Of a stretch of DNA of 64,000 nucleotides, positions 26,783-38,391 are shown piece by piece. The DNA is from Octopus bimaculoides. Taxonomy: Eukaryota. Position 1 is the stretch's first letter; each line of letters starts with the position of its first letter. The stretch is from positions 31,186,369 to 31,250,368 of the forward strand of contig NC_068983.1 in the NCBI RefSeq assembly GCF_001194135.2. Direction: 5' to 3'. The translations under genes were made by a program, and so were the position numbers. The notes under the pieces are model-generated. The model searched no databases. It saw nothing but the letters and a program-made list of their open reading frames with translations, and had not been told where the DNA came from.

Positions 26783-26817
26783 GTTTCCGAAGAAGAACTT
26801 TGCTCGAATCGTAAAAC
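26783..26817 (+). ncRNA. Degenerate minimal hammerhead motif (CCGAAGA core)
   Basis: GUUU CCGAAGA A GAAC uuu GCUC GAAUCGUA^AAAC; stem I 4 bp, one stem II mismatch, A15.1 changed to U. Confidence 0.5.
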
Positions 26818-27544
26818 AAGCACTCTTCCTTTCCTTCTGAGCGTCTTATTAATACTTTGCATGTGCCACATCATCACGTTGCTGTTTTTTCTTGTCTTTT
26901 TTCTCTGTTTTTATTATATACATACATAATACATACATATATATAAATATTTTCATTTTTTTCATTCTATCTAGTTTCAGCTCATGAGCTGTGGCCATGC
27001 TGGGGCACCGCCATTTCATATATTTATTATATATATATATATATATATATATACAAAATCACACAGACACAGACACACACATACACACACATATATATAT
27101 ATATATATATACATTCATATATGTATATATTTATATGTATGTACCATTCAGCATAAAGATAAGCGATACTAATAATTTCTTGCTGTAAAGACGCATGGCT
27201 GCTAAACAGGTTTTCACAACATGCGTTGTATTTCCAAGCAACCTCCAGGCTCTGAGTGCATGGTCTGGTCTGTTTGAAAATCATAATGCTGGTCCATGAA
27301 AAGTAGCGAAAAAAGAAGCGAGAAAAATTAGAAGGTTCATGCAAACAGTAAAAGGGTGAATAAAACCGGAAAAAGAAAAAAAGGAAGACATTTATTAGAG
27401 TTACCTCCCCTTTGATTGTAGGAGCCATCATTAAACTAGTTGTAAAATATTTCAACGGAGAAGTGTCCAAAGTCTACGAGACAGCTGCTCAATTTGGCGA
27501 GTGTTCCATCCTCCAATTCGCCAAAAGAAATTTGTCCATATCTT

Positions 27545-27890
27545 TTATCTTTTATCTTTTAATTGTTTCACTCATTTGACTGCTGCTATGCTGGGGTACC
27601 GCCTTGAAAGATTTTAGTCGAATGCATCGACCGCTCTACTTTATTTCTTTTAAAGCCTGTTACTTATTCCAATGGTCACTTTTATCAAACTGTTAAGTTA
27701 CGGGGACGTAAACATAGCAACACCGGTTGTCAAACGGTGATGGGAGAAAACACAGACACAAAGACACTCACTCACACACACAGATACACAGACACAGACA
27801 CTCACACGCACACACAGACACACAGACACTCAAACACATACAGTCACACACATAGTCATACATACATGTATACACACACACACACACACA

Positions 27891-27936
<46 letters not shown>

Positions 27937-28352
27937 NNNNNNNNNNNNNNNNNNNNNNNNNNNNNNNNNNNNNNNNNNNNNNNNNNNNNNNNNNNNNNNN
28001 NNNNNNNNNNNNNNNNNNNNNNNNNNNNNNNNNNNNNNNNNNNNNNNNNNNNNNNNNNNNNNNNNNNNNNNNNNNNNNNNNNNNNNNNNNNNNNNNNNNN
28101 NNNNNNNNNNNNNNNNNNNNNNNNNNNNNNNNNNNNNNNNNNNNNNNNNNNNNNNNNNNNNNNNNNNNNNNNNNNNNNNNNNNNNNNNNNNNNNNNNNNN
28201 NNNNNNNNNNNNNNNNNNNNNNNNNNNNNNNNNNNNNNNNNNNNNNNNNNNNNNTATATGTATGTATATATATATATATATACACACACGATAGGCTTCT
28301 TTCAGTTTCCATCTACCAAATCCACTCACGAAGGTTTGGTTGGCTCGAGGTT
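27545..28352 (-). mobile_element. SINE with an internal expanded (TG/TA)n microsatellite spanning a gap; 5'-truncated
   Basis: The 3' half (27545-27765) and the 5'-side half (28288-28352, matching 34008-34070) flank the microsatellite and gap. Confidence 0.75.
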
Positions 28353-28489
28353 ATCGTAGGAAAAATGTAAATATCTGCTACTCTTCTGATTTGAAAGAGA
28401 TATTTTCTTGAAAAGATACTTTCTTGAGATGGTTAATTAATAAGTTGCACGAACGAAAGCTACTTTAGAGACAAAATGTTCTGTTATAC
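28288..28489 (+). repeat. Copy 1 of a 202 bp local direct duplication
   Basis: Matches 29408-29609 (offset 1120) with 5 substitutions. Confidence 0.95.
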
Positions 28490-29034
28490 GCAAGGTCGCA
28501 TAGGGCATGGCCATGTCTGACCTTTCGCTAATCTGGCTATGAAATGAATTATAATAGGAAACAAAGCGTTAAGCCTATTTCAGACTTAACCTGATAGAAC
28601 ACCACTGTGATCAACTAACAACACAATAACACGACAATAAGAACTGGAATTAAAATAGATATTAACCGAGAATATCATAAGCTATACGATTGTCTCAGAG
28701 AATAGTGGCACAGTATCTGACATTGTTACAAAGTAGCTAAGATTCTTGAGAAGGAAGTCAGGTAACTGGAATCAGTTGCACAGAAAAACAAAATTTCATT
28801 GTTTGAACATGAAGAATTATCTGAGATTAAATACTATCCTATTACAGATTTTCTTTCGAAATAGGTTAAAAGAAAGAAAGAAAAATTAAAATCAGATATC
28901 TCCAAGGAGAAAGAAAGGTTGAGAAGTTGTGATCTGTAAATAAACATAGGGTATAACTGAATTAGGCGAAACTGAAACAATTACTTTGGAATCAACGGCA
29001 TCAATGTTAAATGAATATTTGTTTTATGTACAAG

Positions 29035-29225
29035 ACCAGCAATTTTGGGGAGATAGTTTACCGAAATTATCAAGCACGTTACTTGACTGGTACTTTGTTT
29101 AATCGACCCAGAAGTGATGAAAGGAAAAAGTTGTCCTTGGCGCTATTTGAACACAATATGTAAAAACTCAGAACAAAGAGTGTGAGGTACTTGTCTAGTC
29201 ACTCTATTAGCAGTCGCCTCCGGCG
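29035..29225 (-). mobile_element. tRNA-derived SINE, diverged
   Basis: CTGGTACTTTGTTTAATCGACCCAGAAGTGATGAAAGG is the reverse complement of the core. Confidence 0.6.
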
Positions 29226-29334
29226 GCAGATAAATAATTTTGATATTATCAACAAAACCATCTTGTATTGGGAACTAAAATTTATTTTAGGCAATAGTCA
29301 CACACATACATACATGCACACACACACATCTATC

Positions 29335-29407
<73 letters not shown>

Positions 29408-29409
<2 letters not shown>

Positions 29410-29609
29410 GATAGGCTTCTTTCAGTTTCCATCTACCAAATCCACTCACGAAGGTTTGGTTGGCTCGAGGCTCTCGTAGGAAAAATGTAAATATCTGCTA
29501 CTCTTCTGATTTTAAAGAGATATTTTCTTGAAAAGATACTTTCTTGAGATGGTTCATTAATAAGTTGCACGAACAAAAGCTACTTTAGAGACAAAATGTT
29601 CTGTTATAC
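29408..29609 (+). repeat. Copy 2 of the 202 bp local direct duplication
   Basis: Matches 28288-28489. Confidence 0.95.
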
Positions 29610-31402
29610 AGGCCGATTCAACAAACTAATAGTAAAACCCCAGGGGATCTGTCAAACATTATTAAAACTAAAGAAAGATATCAGGCTTAATTTTTTTTTT
29701 TTCCCCAATGAAAAATATTCTTTATTTTCTTTTAACCGGCCAGGATGGCAGTTTTAATTTTTCCTGTTAAACTCATAACAAATGTTATTTTTTGTCTGAA
29801 TACTATTAAATTATTGTTATGAAGATGGAGACGGTGGGTGACGAATAAGGAAGGTGAAAGATAAAATATTTTGCAGTATATATGACGTCCTTTTTACAGC
29901 CAGAGCGCAAAGTCGGCGAACTGGAGGAAGCGTAAGTTAGCTCATGAGATGAACTACCTTATGTTATTTATTCTGACTTTCTAATCTTCAGATATCAAAT
30001 ATTTCCTTTATCATTCGCAAGTCAATAAATGTATTACTAGTTTAGAGAAGTTGGTAGGGAGATTCACTAGAGCGTCAGGCAAGAGGCCTTTCAGTATTTG
30101 TCCGGTTCTTTGCGTTGTGTGTTCAACTCCTGCTGTAACCAAGTTGCTAGATTTAATCCATCTCTCGGCTTCATACCAAAACCTGTTACTTGTGTTGTAT
30201 CTGTGGAAAACACTTTCTTACAAATACTCGAGCCGGTTTTCTGATTTAAGGACACCTCTTCACCATCCCAGAGGAACAGAAAAGGGCTATGGGCCTCTGA
30301 GATGGTTAGAAGCAACAGAACGAGCTTAGTGACAAAAATCTGCGTTGTCTTTCATCGTCATGCTATCAGTCTCTTATTGAAGCCAAATCACTCTAAAGTT
30401 TGACGTTTAATGTCATTATAATATAACACCAATTGTTGAATTTATTCAATGATTGAAACAAATTACGATCCTTAAAACAGTAGAATATATTGATACTTCT
30501 CACTCATAAAATCTTTTTACATAAGCATAAAAACAAATCCTCGTTGTCCTTATCAAATTGGGGTCATTAGTCTATGTTTACGTGCAGAAAAATAGCTAAA
30601 CTAAGAAAGAAATATGGAGGAATTTAACAGATTTTACTAATGTTAAGAATGTATGAGTATATGTAAAGTGAGACAATTTATAATTGCAAGAATTAAAGGA
30701 AATTTCCTCTACGGTATGAAGAATAGTTTTACTGAATAAGATGGCTTGAGGCTAATTTTGAGAATAAAACAATCTCTAATTAATTTTTGTAATGATCTCT
30801 GCATCAATGCACATTTAAATAGCTTTCTTCTCCAAGTTTCCTTATATCCTACAGGCTTTTGTTCTGCAGAAGACAAAAGCACCAACTTTAAATTTCGGTA
30901 AGGTGGGTATTGCATTATTCGGATCATTTGAAATGACACACTAGTCATAAATATTACTCCTTTTTTTCATTTATGTATTGCGTTTGATGTTAGTATTAGA
31001 TTCACCAATAAATCGAAAATTTCGCGTAGCAGTTTGTATTGAAATTATTATCATTCAGTATTGAGATCATAAATTATAATTTCTGATTTCATACAACAAC
31101 ATAGTAATTTGAATACAAACTCTACTGCATCTATATAAATAATTATTGATATGGATGTACAATAAACCATTGTTCAAAGCTGAATCTATATTGAAAACCT
31201 CGCAAGTTGTTTCGCAATAAAGGAATTTTTCCTTATATCGCAAATTCAATTTATGTTTATCTGGATGCAATGTAAGAGCTCAAGCAAAATGTATCTTCAT
31301 GCTTAAAATGTCGTTTAAAAAAGCATGAACCCACCCATTTTCAGTCAAAGAATCACCAACAATACTCCACTAGAGCTACCCCAGCTGAAGTATTATGCTT
31401 CT

Positions 31403-31477
<75 letters not shown>

Positions 31478-33491
31478 GTTGCGTTTGTGTGAGTGATTGT
31501 GTGTATGGTTGCGTTTGTGAATATGTTTGCGTATGCATATGTAACTTCACGTCGCAGAACGAAGTTTCATTTAAGATTTATATATACTCCATAAAAAGTG
31601 ACTAAATTTTTCCTCTTCGATTTTTTGTTTTTTCAAAATCAATTTATACTCTTAGGCTTATAGCTAACTATTCTTAATCTTTTAGTTTTGCTGTCATATT
31701 CTATATTTAAATGTTGCAGGTTTTAGCCTCATGGAACAAGTAATTTAGACGACAAAGAACCTTTCTGACTGTCGTAACCACCAGATCATTATCGTCAAAA
31801 ATGGAGTGGTTTCTCACGTGATTATTCAAAGTGCGTATCACGCTCATCCCAATACAGCTGGATTGCAGTCAGCAACTAATAAAACTTCACAAACTTCCTC
31901 AAGACACGCTCACGGAGCTATGTGGATGATATCCATTCTGGAAACGAGACCACGAAAATCCACAAGGCACTGAATGCCTTTTATATTCCATTACCAATCA
32001 GTTTAATATTGAATAACTAATGGCATACTGTCCTCCAAGTCTGCTCGACTTTTCCACATCCATTTCTTCAACGCGAACACAAGTCTAGTTCTACGAGATG
32101 GAGATTAAAAATCTTTTTTTTCTTTTTTACACCAAACTTCTACATATCCAAACATAGTCGCTGGGGGGAAAATGAATAGATCATCAAAGATTGGATCTGT
32201 ATCAACTTCTATCAACGGAGAAGAGTTAGCGAATCGATTGTGTGAACTTGTCGTCAGAATAACTCTGAGACAATGCCTGTCGCCTGGCCAGGAGATCAAC
32301 CCTAAAAAAAGAAGGAAGCCTTCTCTCTTGCTTGCCGTCCAACCAGCGCATAGAACGAGCAACTAGACTCTTTAAACAACAATATTGTTTACAATTTATA
32401 GAAAAATCTGTGAGAATCGAAATCAACGTTAAAAAATGAAACAATTTATAGATATGAATGTTGTATTAATAATATAAATAATCATCCAGCAAATTAGAAA
32501 CATAATATATATATATATAGCATACATGTAGCATGATATCATTTTCTAATAAATTTACTCTTTCGCGATATTTATATTCCAATATATTACTGCTCCAATC
32601 ATAAATTTATCTCACTTTTACGAAATCTTTTGCTAACATGCAATGCAAGAAAAACCTATTATCTTTATATTTGAGAGATAATTATTCCTGTTAGTAATAC
32701 AATGTTCATTTCAGTTAGTTGATTCACAATTATTTTAACGTTAATTCCAGTTGGTAGAGCTCTTTATGTAATACTTTTTTAATGAGCAAAATGATCGGAA
32801 CAATCTTCTAGATAATTTTGTATTTTCTCATTACTTTGCAGTGATAAAATGTTTCACCGATTTTAATAAACAGTAATTTCTGTTAAGATCTCTATTTTGC
32901 TTCCCACTGATGTCAGCATCATACAAGTTGGTTTACTACTGGGAGAGCAAGAGGTGAAGCATATGTCCAAAGAAGAATATCTAAATATTTATATCATGAT
33001 TTTATTTTCTCGTGACTTTACATTTTAACATTATTGCTCAAAACATGAATTTATTTCATATATATCAAAATCTTTGCGAAGAATGTATTTTTGTTATATT
33101 TGCGAGATATTTATATAATCATTATAATGCTCATTTCAGTAAATTGATTTTAAAATATTTCGGCCATCCCTGCGCTTTCTTTTTGTATTTTTCAAATAGA
33201 AATACAAAAACGACGAAAATATAGTCAGTGTGAAATTTAGTGTATATTTAGTAGATATTTAGTAGATAATGAACTTTATGTATATGACATGATTATATAA
33301 AATGGAGCAACATAATACAGTCATCACGAGTATCAAGTGTAAGTCAAACATTTTTTGTTGGGAAACTTAATTCACGAGTGGGTGCTAATTTATTCGGTCA
33401 ACACGAATGCACTCGAATGTCTCATATCTTCTTTAATTTTGCAGAGAATTTGATACTTTCTACCAACAGACAGATAATCTCAAAACAACTC

Positions 33492-33554
33492 GCATCCAAG
33501 TTTCAGATGCATCCAAGTTTCAGATGCATCCAAGTTTCAGATGCATCCAAGTTT
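33492..33554. repeat. 17 bp tandem repeat x~3.7
   Basis: Perfect GCATCCAAGTTTCAGAT units. Confidence 0.97.
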
Positions 33555-33830
33555 TGAAAATGGTTACCGTTTTCTCAGAATGAGGACATCCTGGTACAAC
33601 AAATGTTTTTTTTTATATATATATATATACAGATAAGGGTATATATATACATCAACGTACATAAATGCATATATATATATATAATCATAAATTAAAGTCT
33701 TAAGCAGTTAAAATATCAGAAAGTATGACACAGACACAACAAAGTACAAGAAACACGTGTTAGTTTAACGCTTGAAAAGAATATTGAAATGAGAATAGAG
33801 TATGGTGAGTCCTTTTTCACAAAGAGAAAC

Positions 33831-33889
<59 letters not shown>

Positions 33890-33966
33890 GGTTAGATTGG
33901 ATGGGGCAGAGTTTAAAAAATGATAAAAACAAAAGAGAGCTTCTAAAGATTTAAGAAATTATTTAA

Positions 33967-34007
<41 letters not shown>

Positions 34008-34165
34008 GATGGGCTTCTTTCGCTTTCCGTCTACCAAATCCACTCACAAGGCTTTGGTCGGCCCGACGCTACAGTTGAAGACACCTGCTCAAGATGCCAC
34101 GCATTGGGGTTGAGCTCGGAACCATGTGGTTGAGAAGCAAACTTCCTGCCACACAACCACACCGA
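34008..34165 (-). mobile_element. SINE 5' half with tRNA-like head
   Basis: Reverse complement GTGGTTGTGTGGCAGGAAG..CCACATGGTTCCGAGCTCAACCCC..CTTGAGCAGGTGTCTTC, followed by (TA)n. Confidence 0.82.
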
Positions 34166-34465
34166 CATAAGTAGAATAACTTCAGACTATGCAATAGAAG
34201 CAGCACAATAGTGTAAATATTACCAGCACTACATACTTAAGTACGTGTGTTCTTTCAACGTCAGAAGTTGTAGTTTTCTGTCCGGGAAAAATCCCATTAA
34301 AAACGTTCAGTATAGAGTTAAAAAAACAAAAAAGCTTAAGAGTTAGGCCTTAATGTGTAGCCTATAGAGCTGCTTCTATCATATAATCTGAGTTTGTTCT
34401 ACTGAAGCAATGCCATTTCATATCAGCAAATAACTTATACGCTATCTGTATATACTTTCGACAGT

Positions 34466-34530
34466 GGAGACGCAATGGCCCAGTGGTTAGGGCAGTGGAC
34501 TCGCCGTTTCAATTCCCAGACGGGGAATGA
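34466..34530 (+). mobile_element. tRNA-like SINE head (not a tRNA gene)
   Basis: Box A TGGCCCAGTGGTTAG is present; the anticodon and T arms are deleted, leaving a TTCAATTCCC box B remnant. Confidence 0.55.
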
Positions 34531-35081
34531 ACAATTTTCATCAAAACAATGATATAATTTGTCGACTTGGAACTTATTGCAAAGCTGCATGATAAACATT
34601 TTTTGTCTTCACATTCAGGGGTCATGACAATTTCTTTTTACTATCTAACCTATCTCTTTCTCTCTCTTTCTGTTGATTGTTTTCAATCATCATCATCATC
34701 AATACCTCCACCATCGTCACCACAACCGCCATACAGACACCGTTCAGACTTTTGACGCCACCACCTTCAATACCTTTGACTTCGACACCTTCCCTCCACC
34801 ACTATCACCACTCTCTTTCACATCACTTGCTATCACCATTGTCCCTGACTGCTTCAGCTACCACCACCACCATCATCACCGTCACCTCCGCCTCTATCAC
34901 AGCTACAGCTCATACTATTACTATCACCTCATTACCATCACAACCGTCAATCTACTACCGTCTGTATGCCTACTATTACTCTCACCTCAAAATGAGCAAT
35001 AGTAGGAGTATCAATGAATAGTGAGAGAGGGATCGAAGTGTGACACACTGACACACAGAAATTAGTTTTCGCATTTACTAT

Positions 35082-35128
<47 letters not shown>

Positions 35129-35130
35129 AT

Positions 35131-35185
<55 letters not shown>

Positions 35186-35331
35186 NNNNNNNNNNNNNNN
35201 NNNNNNNNNNNNNNNNNNNNNNNNNNNNNNNNNNNNNNNNNNNNNNNNNNNNNNNNNNNATATATATAGTTTTTTTTCAGAATGACATAAAAAAATTAAG
35301 GTTGTGAAGATTTTAGAACATTTATAAATAG

Positions 35332-35379
35332 GTCTTACAGCTGTTTCTAGGATATTTATTATATCCTTTCATCGGAGAC
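35332..35379 (-). ncRNA. Minimal type-I hammerhead motif with CCGAUGA (U4C) core
   Basis: 5'-GUCU CCGAUGA A AGGAUA uaauaaa UAUCCU A GAAACAGCUGUA^AGAC: stem I 4 bp, stem II 6 bp, 8-nt palindrome ACAGCUGU, GUA cleavage triplet. Confidence 0.72.
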
Positions 35380-35789
35380 GGCGTGAGAAAATGGTTAAGC
35401 AATAGTTAATTTAGATAAGATACGAAATAGAGAGTGAAGTTGAGGAATGAAAATAGATGTGAGATATGCAGGGATATTGCATTTATAAATCCATTATTTA
35501 GGCAGAATGATATACATATAAGATTCCAATACCTTGTGAGTAAATTCCAATAGTATTTAAAATTGGTCATTGTAAATTCCAATAGTATTTGAAATAGTTC
35601 AGTCCAAGTATAGAGTTTATACACAGTGCTATTGAATTGAGTGTTTTATATATATATATATCAGTTGAATAAAGTTACAACATGGTCTGGTTTTCACGTT
35701 TTTTTATTATTGTATTTTAAAATATTTTTTACAATGTTGAAGTGTGTTAAACACTAAAAAAATATTTTGTAATGTTCATAAAGTTCAAT

Positions 35790-37115
35790 TAGCGCTTTAA
35801 TACGTTCGTAGTAATCACCAAATTTTAAAATGTATTGACTGACAGTTGAGTTGAGTGCTTGACAACTAGTAAAATGACTAAATTTTACCTTTTTATACCT
35901 TTTAGAAGGCTCCGACAAGCTGAATTCTTCGAATACGGTTTTGACCAATCAGCATGCATCTGAAATGCCACGGTTTGCCAGGTGCACCTATATCACTGGC
36001 ATAGATCTCCCCTTTATTTTAACCAATTAGCTTGCGGTCTGCCTATAATGGTTTTATGAGTGAGCGAACTTAGTCGGTTTCGATCGTTTTTATTTCAATC
36101 GGTGGGAGTCTTCTGTAATTTGTTTATATTCACATGTTAAAGATATTTTTTAATCCACATCATTAACTGGTTGTTATTGTTATTTCCGTTCAGAAGAGGT
36201 TTGAACATTTTAATGAAACGTTTTTCTTTAATCTTTCTTCCAGTTTCACTTGTGTTACGTAGTTTGTGGAAAGGTAAAATTAGAAACATTTTCTGATCCC
36301 ATGTTTTTATATGTTCGCTCAATGGAATTTGCTAACATTGGTGTTCCGGATTTATTGTCTGTGAACTTGTGTGTGTTCCGATAATGCATTTCCTGTTTCG
36401 CCAATGTATAGTTCCTCGCAATTCGGGCATTTAATGCAGTAGATCAAATTTCTGCTTTTGCAGTTCAAATCTGCATTTGTGAAAATCTGTCCATTTTTGT
36501 TTTAATGGATCTACGAATATGCATGTATTAATACGTTCCACATTTGTTATCATTACATCTGGATACTGTGAATGTTTTATTGTTTCTTCATGTTGAATTT
36601 TGCCTTTGTTAATAGTTTTTTTTTTTTAGGTTATGTGGTTGCCTTTTGCTTAAGATAAGTATTTGATTGGTTATTATGTTTTTTTTAATTTTTCAGTTTG
36701 TTTCATGATTGGCAAATTTGTTTTGGTGATCTGGATTGTGTGTTCCTAGAAATGCTATTGTGTTCCGTTGATAGATTCGTCTCTCTCGTGTTGCCCCTAA
36801 GTTTTTCTATAGATATCTGTTTTGCTCGTTGTATGCTGTTTTCTATAAGTAAGAGAGGGTACTTTTGCTTGAGCAGAAATCCCTTTAAGTTCTATAAGTC
36901 ATATATTTTCCTGGTATTTGGATCATTTACTATAATACAAGTTTTCCTGGCTAGACAGTATGGGATATTGCGTTTTGTGTAGGCATAAAAAAGGAAAAAG
37001 TTAGTCATTTTATTACAGTTGTCAAGCACTCAACTCAACTGTCAGTCAATGCATTTTGAAATCTGATGATTACTACGAACGTATGAAAGTGCAGAACACA
37101 GTGAACTTCTCATGA
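35790..37115 (-). mobile_element. 5'-truncated Penelope-like element (RT thumb plus C-terminal GIY-YIG) bounded by inverted pLTR copies
   Basis: TKRNIPYCLARK..FLLKQKYPLLLIENSIQRAK; NCKSRNLIYCIKCPNCEELYIGET; RKIKEKRFIKMFKPLLN. 35790-35900 and 36981-37095 are inverted copies. Confidence 0.88.
37058..37098 (+). ncRNA. Hammerhead remnant in the right pLTR arm
   Basis: CUGAUGA UUAC uacgaac GUAU GAAA is intact here while stem III is decayed; the left arm retains AGCGCUA^AUU but has a mutated core. Confidence 0.5.
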
Positions 37116-38334
37116 AATTTCAAATTATCTCATGGCACGAGTACAACCAACAGAGGCAATTTACAGACATATTTCACCCAATTTTACCATTATTGCTCAA
37201 CATTGATCAGGCTTTACTAGAACTACAATTGTACTGAACAACACATCGCATCATATGTTATGCTTCAGAGACTTCTTCACCCTAATAGAGGACGAAGACC
37301 ATTCAACTACATTGATATTATTGGTAAAGACATATAACATGAAATTGAGGATCTACGAATAATAATTGAAAAGGGAGATTTCTGACGCAGAATCATGTTT
37401 TTTTCCCCTTTTGGTCGCAGCCGTTTGAGGACATGTGTAGTCCAGTTTATTTAATCTATAGTTTACGCTCGTTGACACCCATTGCAAGTGTGTCTTGAGT
37501 TCTCTGGTGTACTTTTTATGAATATAAATAGAAAAGCGAATTAGTAAGGCACTTCCCCTTTTGTCACCAGTTTCTTTCTGGCTTTATTTCTTTTCTCAAC
37601 ACGAACAGTTTCAGTGTCTTCTAAGACTTTTGTTGTTGAGAAGAGAATACCTCGTAAAATATACTTGATTTCTCTTTCTCAAACTGAACATGACAATCTA
37701 ATTATTTTATGTCTCTTTTACAATATGGCGTCGACTACATAAGACACGTTTCTTTGACTCTACAGCGAAATTGATTCAAATACATGTAAATAATTTGGCT
37801 CGAGCAGTAACGTTAACAGAACATATAAATAGCAATTAAAGCCACACTATATTCCAATAATATATTATTGTAATATTTTACTCACGTTTTCAAGTCATAA
37901 TAGCTAATTTCGAGTAAACACCTATATTTAGTCAATTTGCGAAAGACTGCGTTGGGTAAAGAAGGAAAAACAAAGCAATAGGCAATAGGCTCATACAACA
38001 TCCATACATATATCATTCTTACATATAAACATAATCATATATATATATATATATATATATATANNNNNNNNNNNNNNNNNNNNNNNNNNNNNNNNNNNNN
38101 NNNNNNNNNNNNNNNNNNNNNNNNNNNNNNNNNNNNNNNNNNNNNNNNNNNNNNNNNNNNNNNNNNNNNNNNNNNNNNNNNNNNNNNNNNNNNNNNNNNN
38201 NNNNNNNNNNNNNNNNNNNNNNNNNNNNNNNNNNNNNNNNNNNNNNNNNNNNNNNNNNNNNNNNNNNNNNNNNNNNNNNNNNNNNNNNNNNNNNNNNNNN
38301 NNNNNNNNNNNNNNNNNNNNNNNNNNNNNNNNNN

Positions 38335-38391
<57 letters not shown>

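Noticed and set aside
29900-30329. Apparent 32 nt exon + 60 nt intron + open frame (~125 aa)
   Set aside because: The donor region AAAGTCGGCGAACTGGAGGAAGCGTAAG is a decayed SINE head (AAGGCGGCGAGCTGGCAGAATCGTTAG) and the peptide has no recognisable family; the THAP/zinc-finger-like words are in different frames.
34466-34530. tRNA gene
   Set aside because: No cloverleaf or anticodon arm; it is a SINE head.
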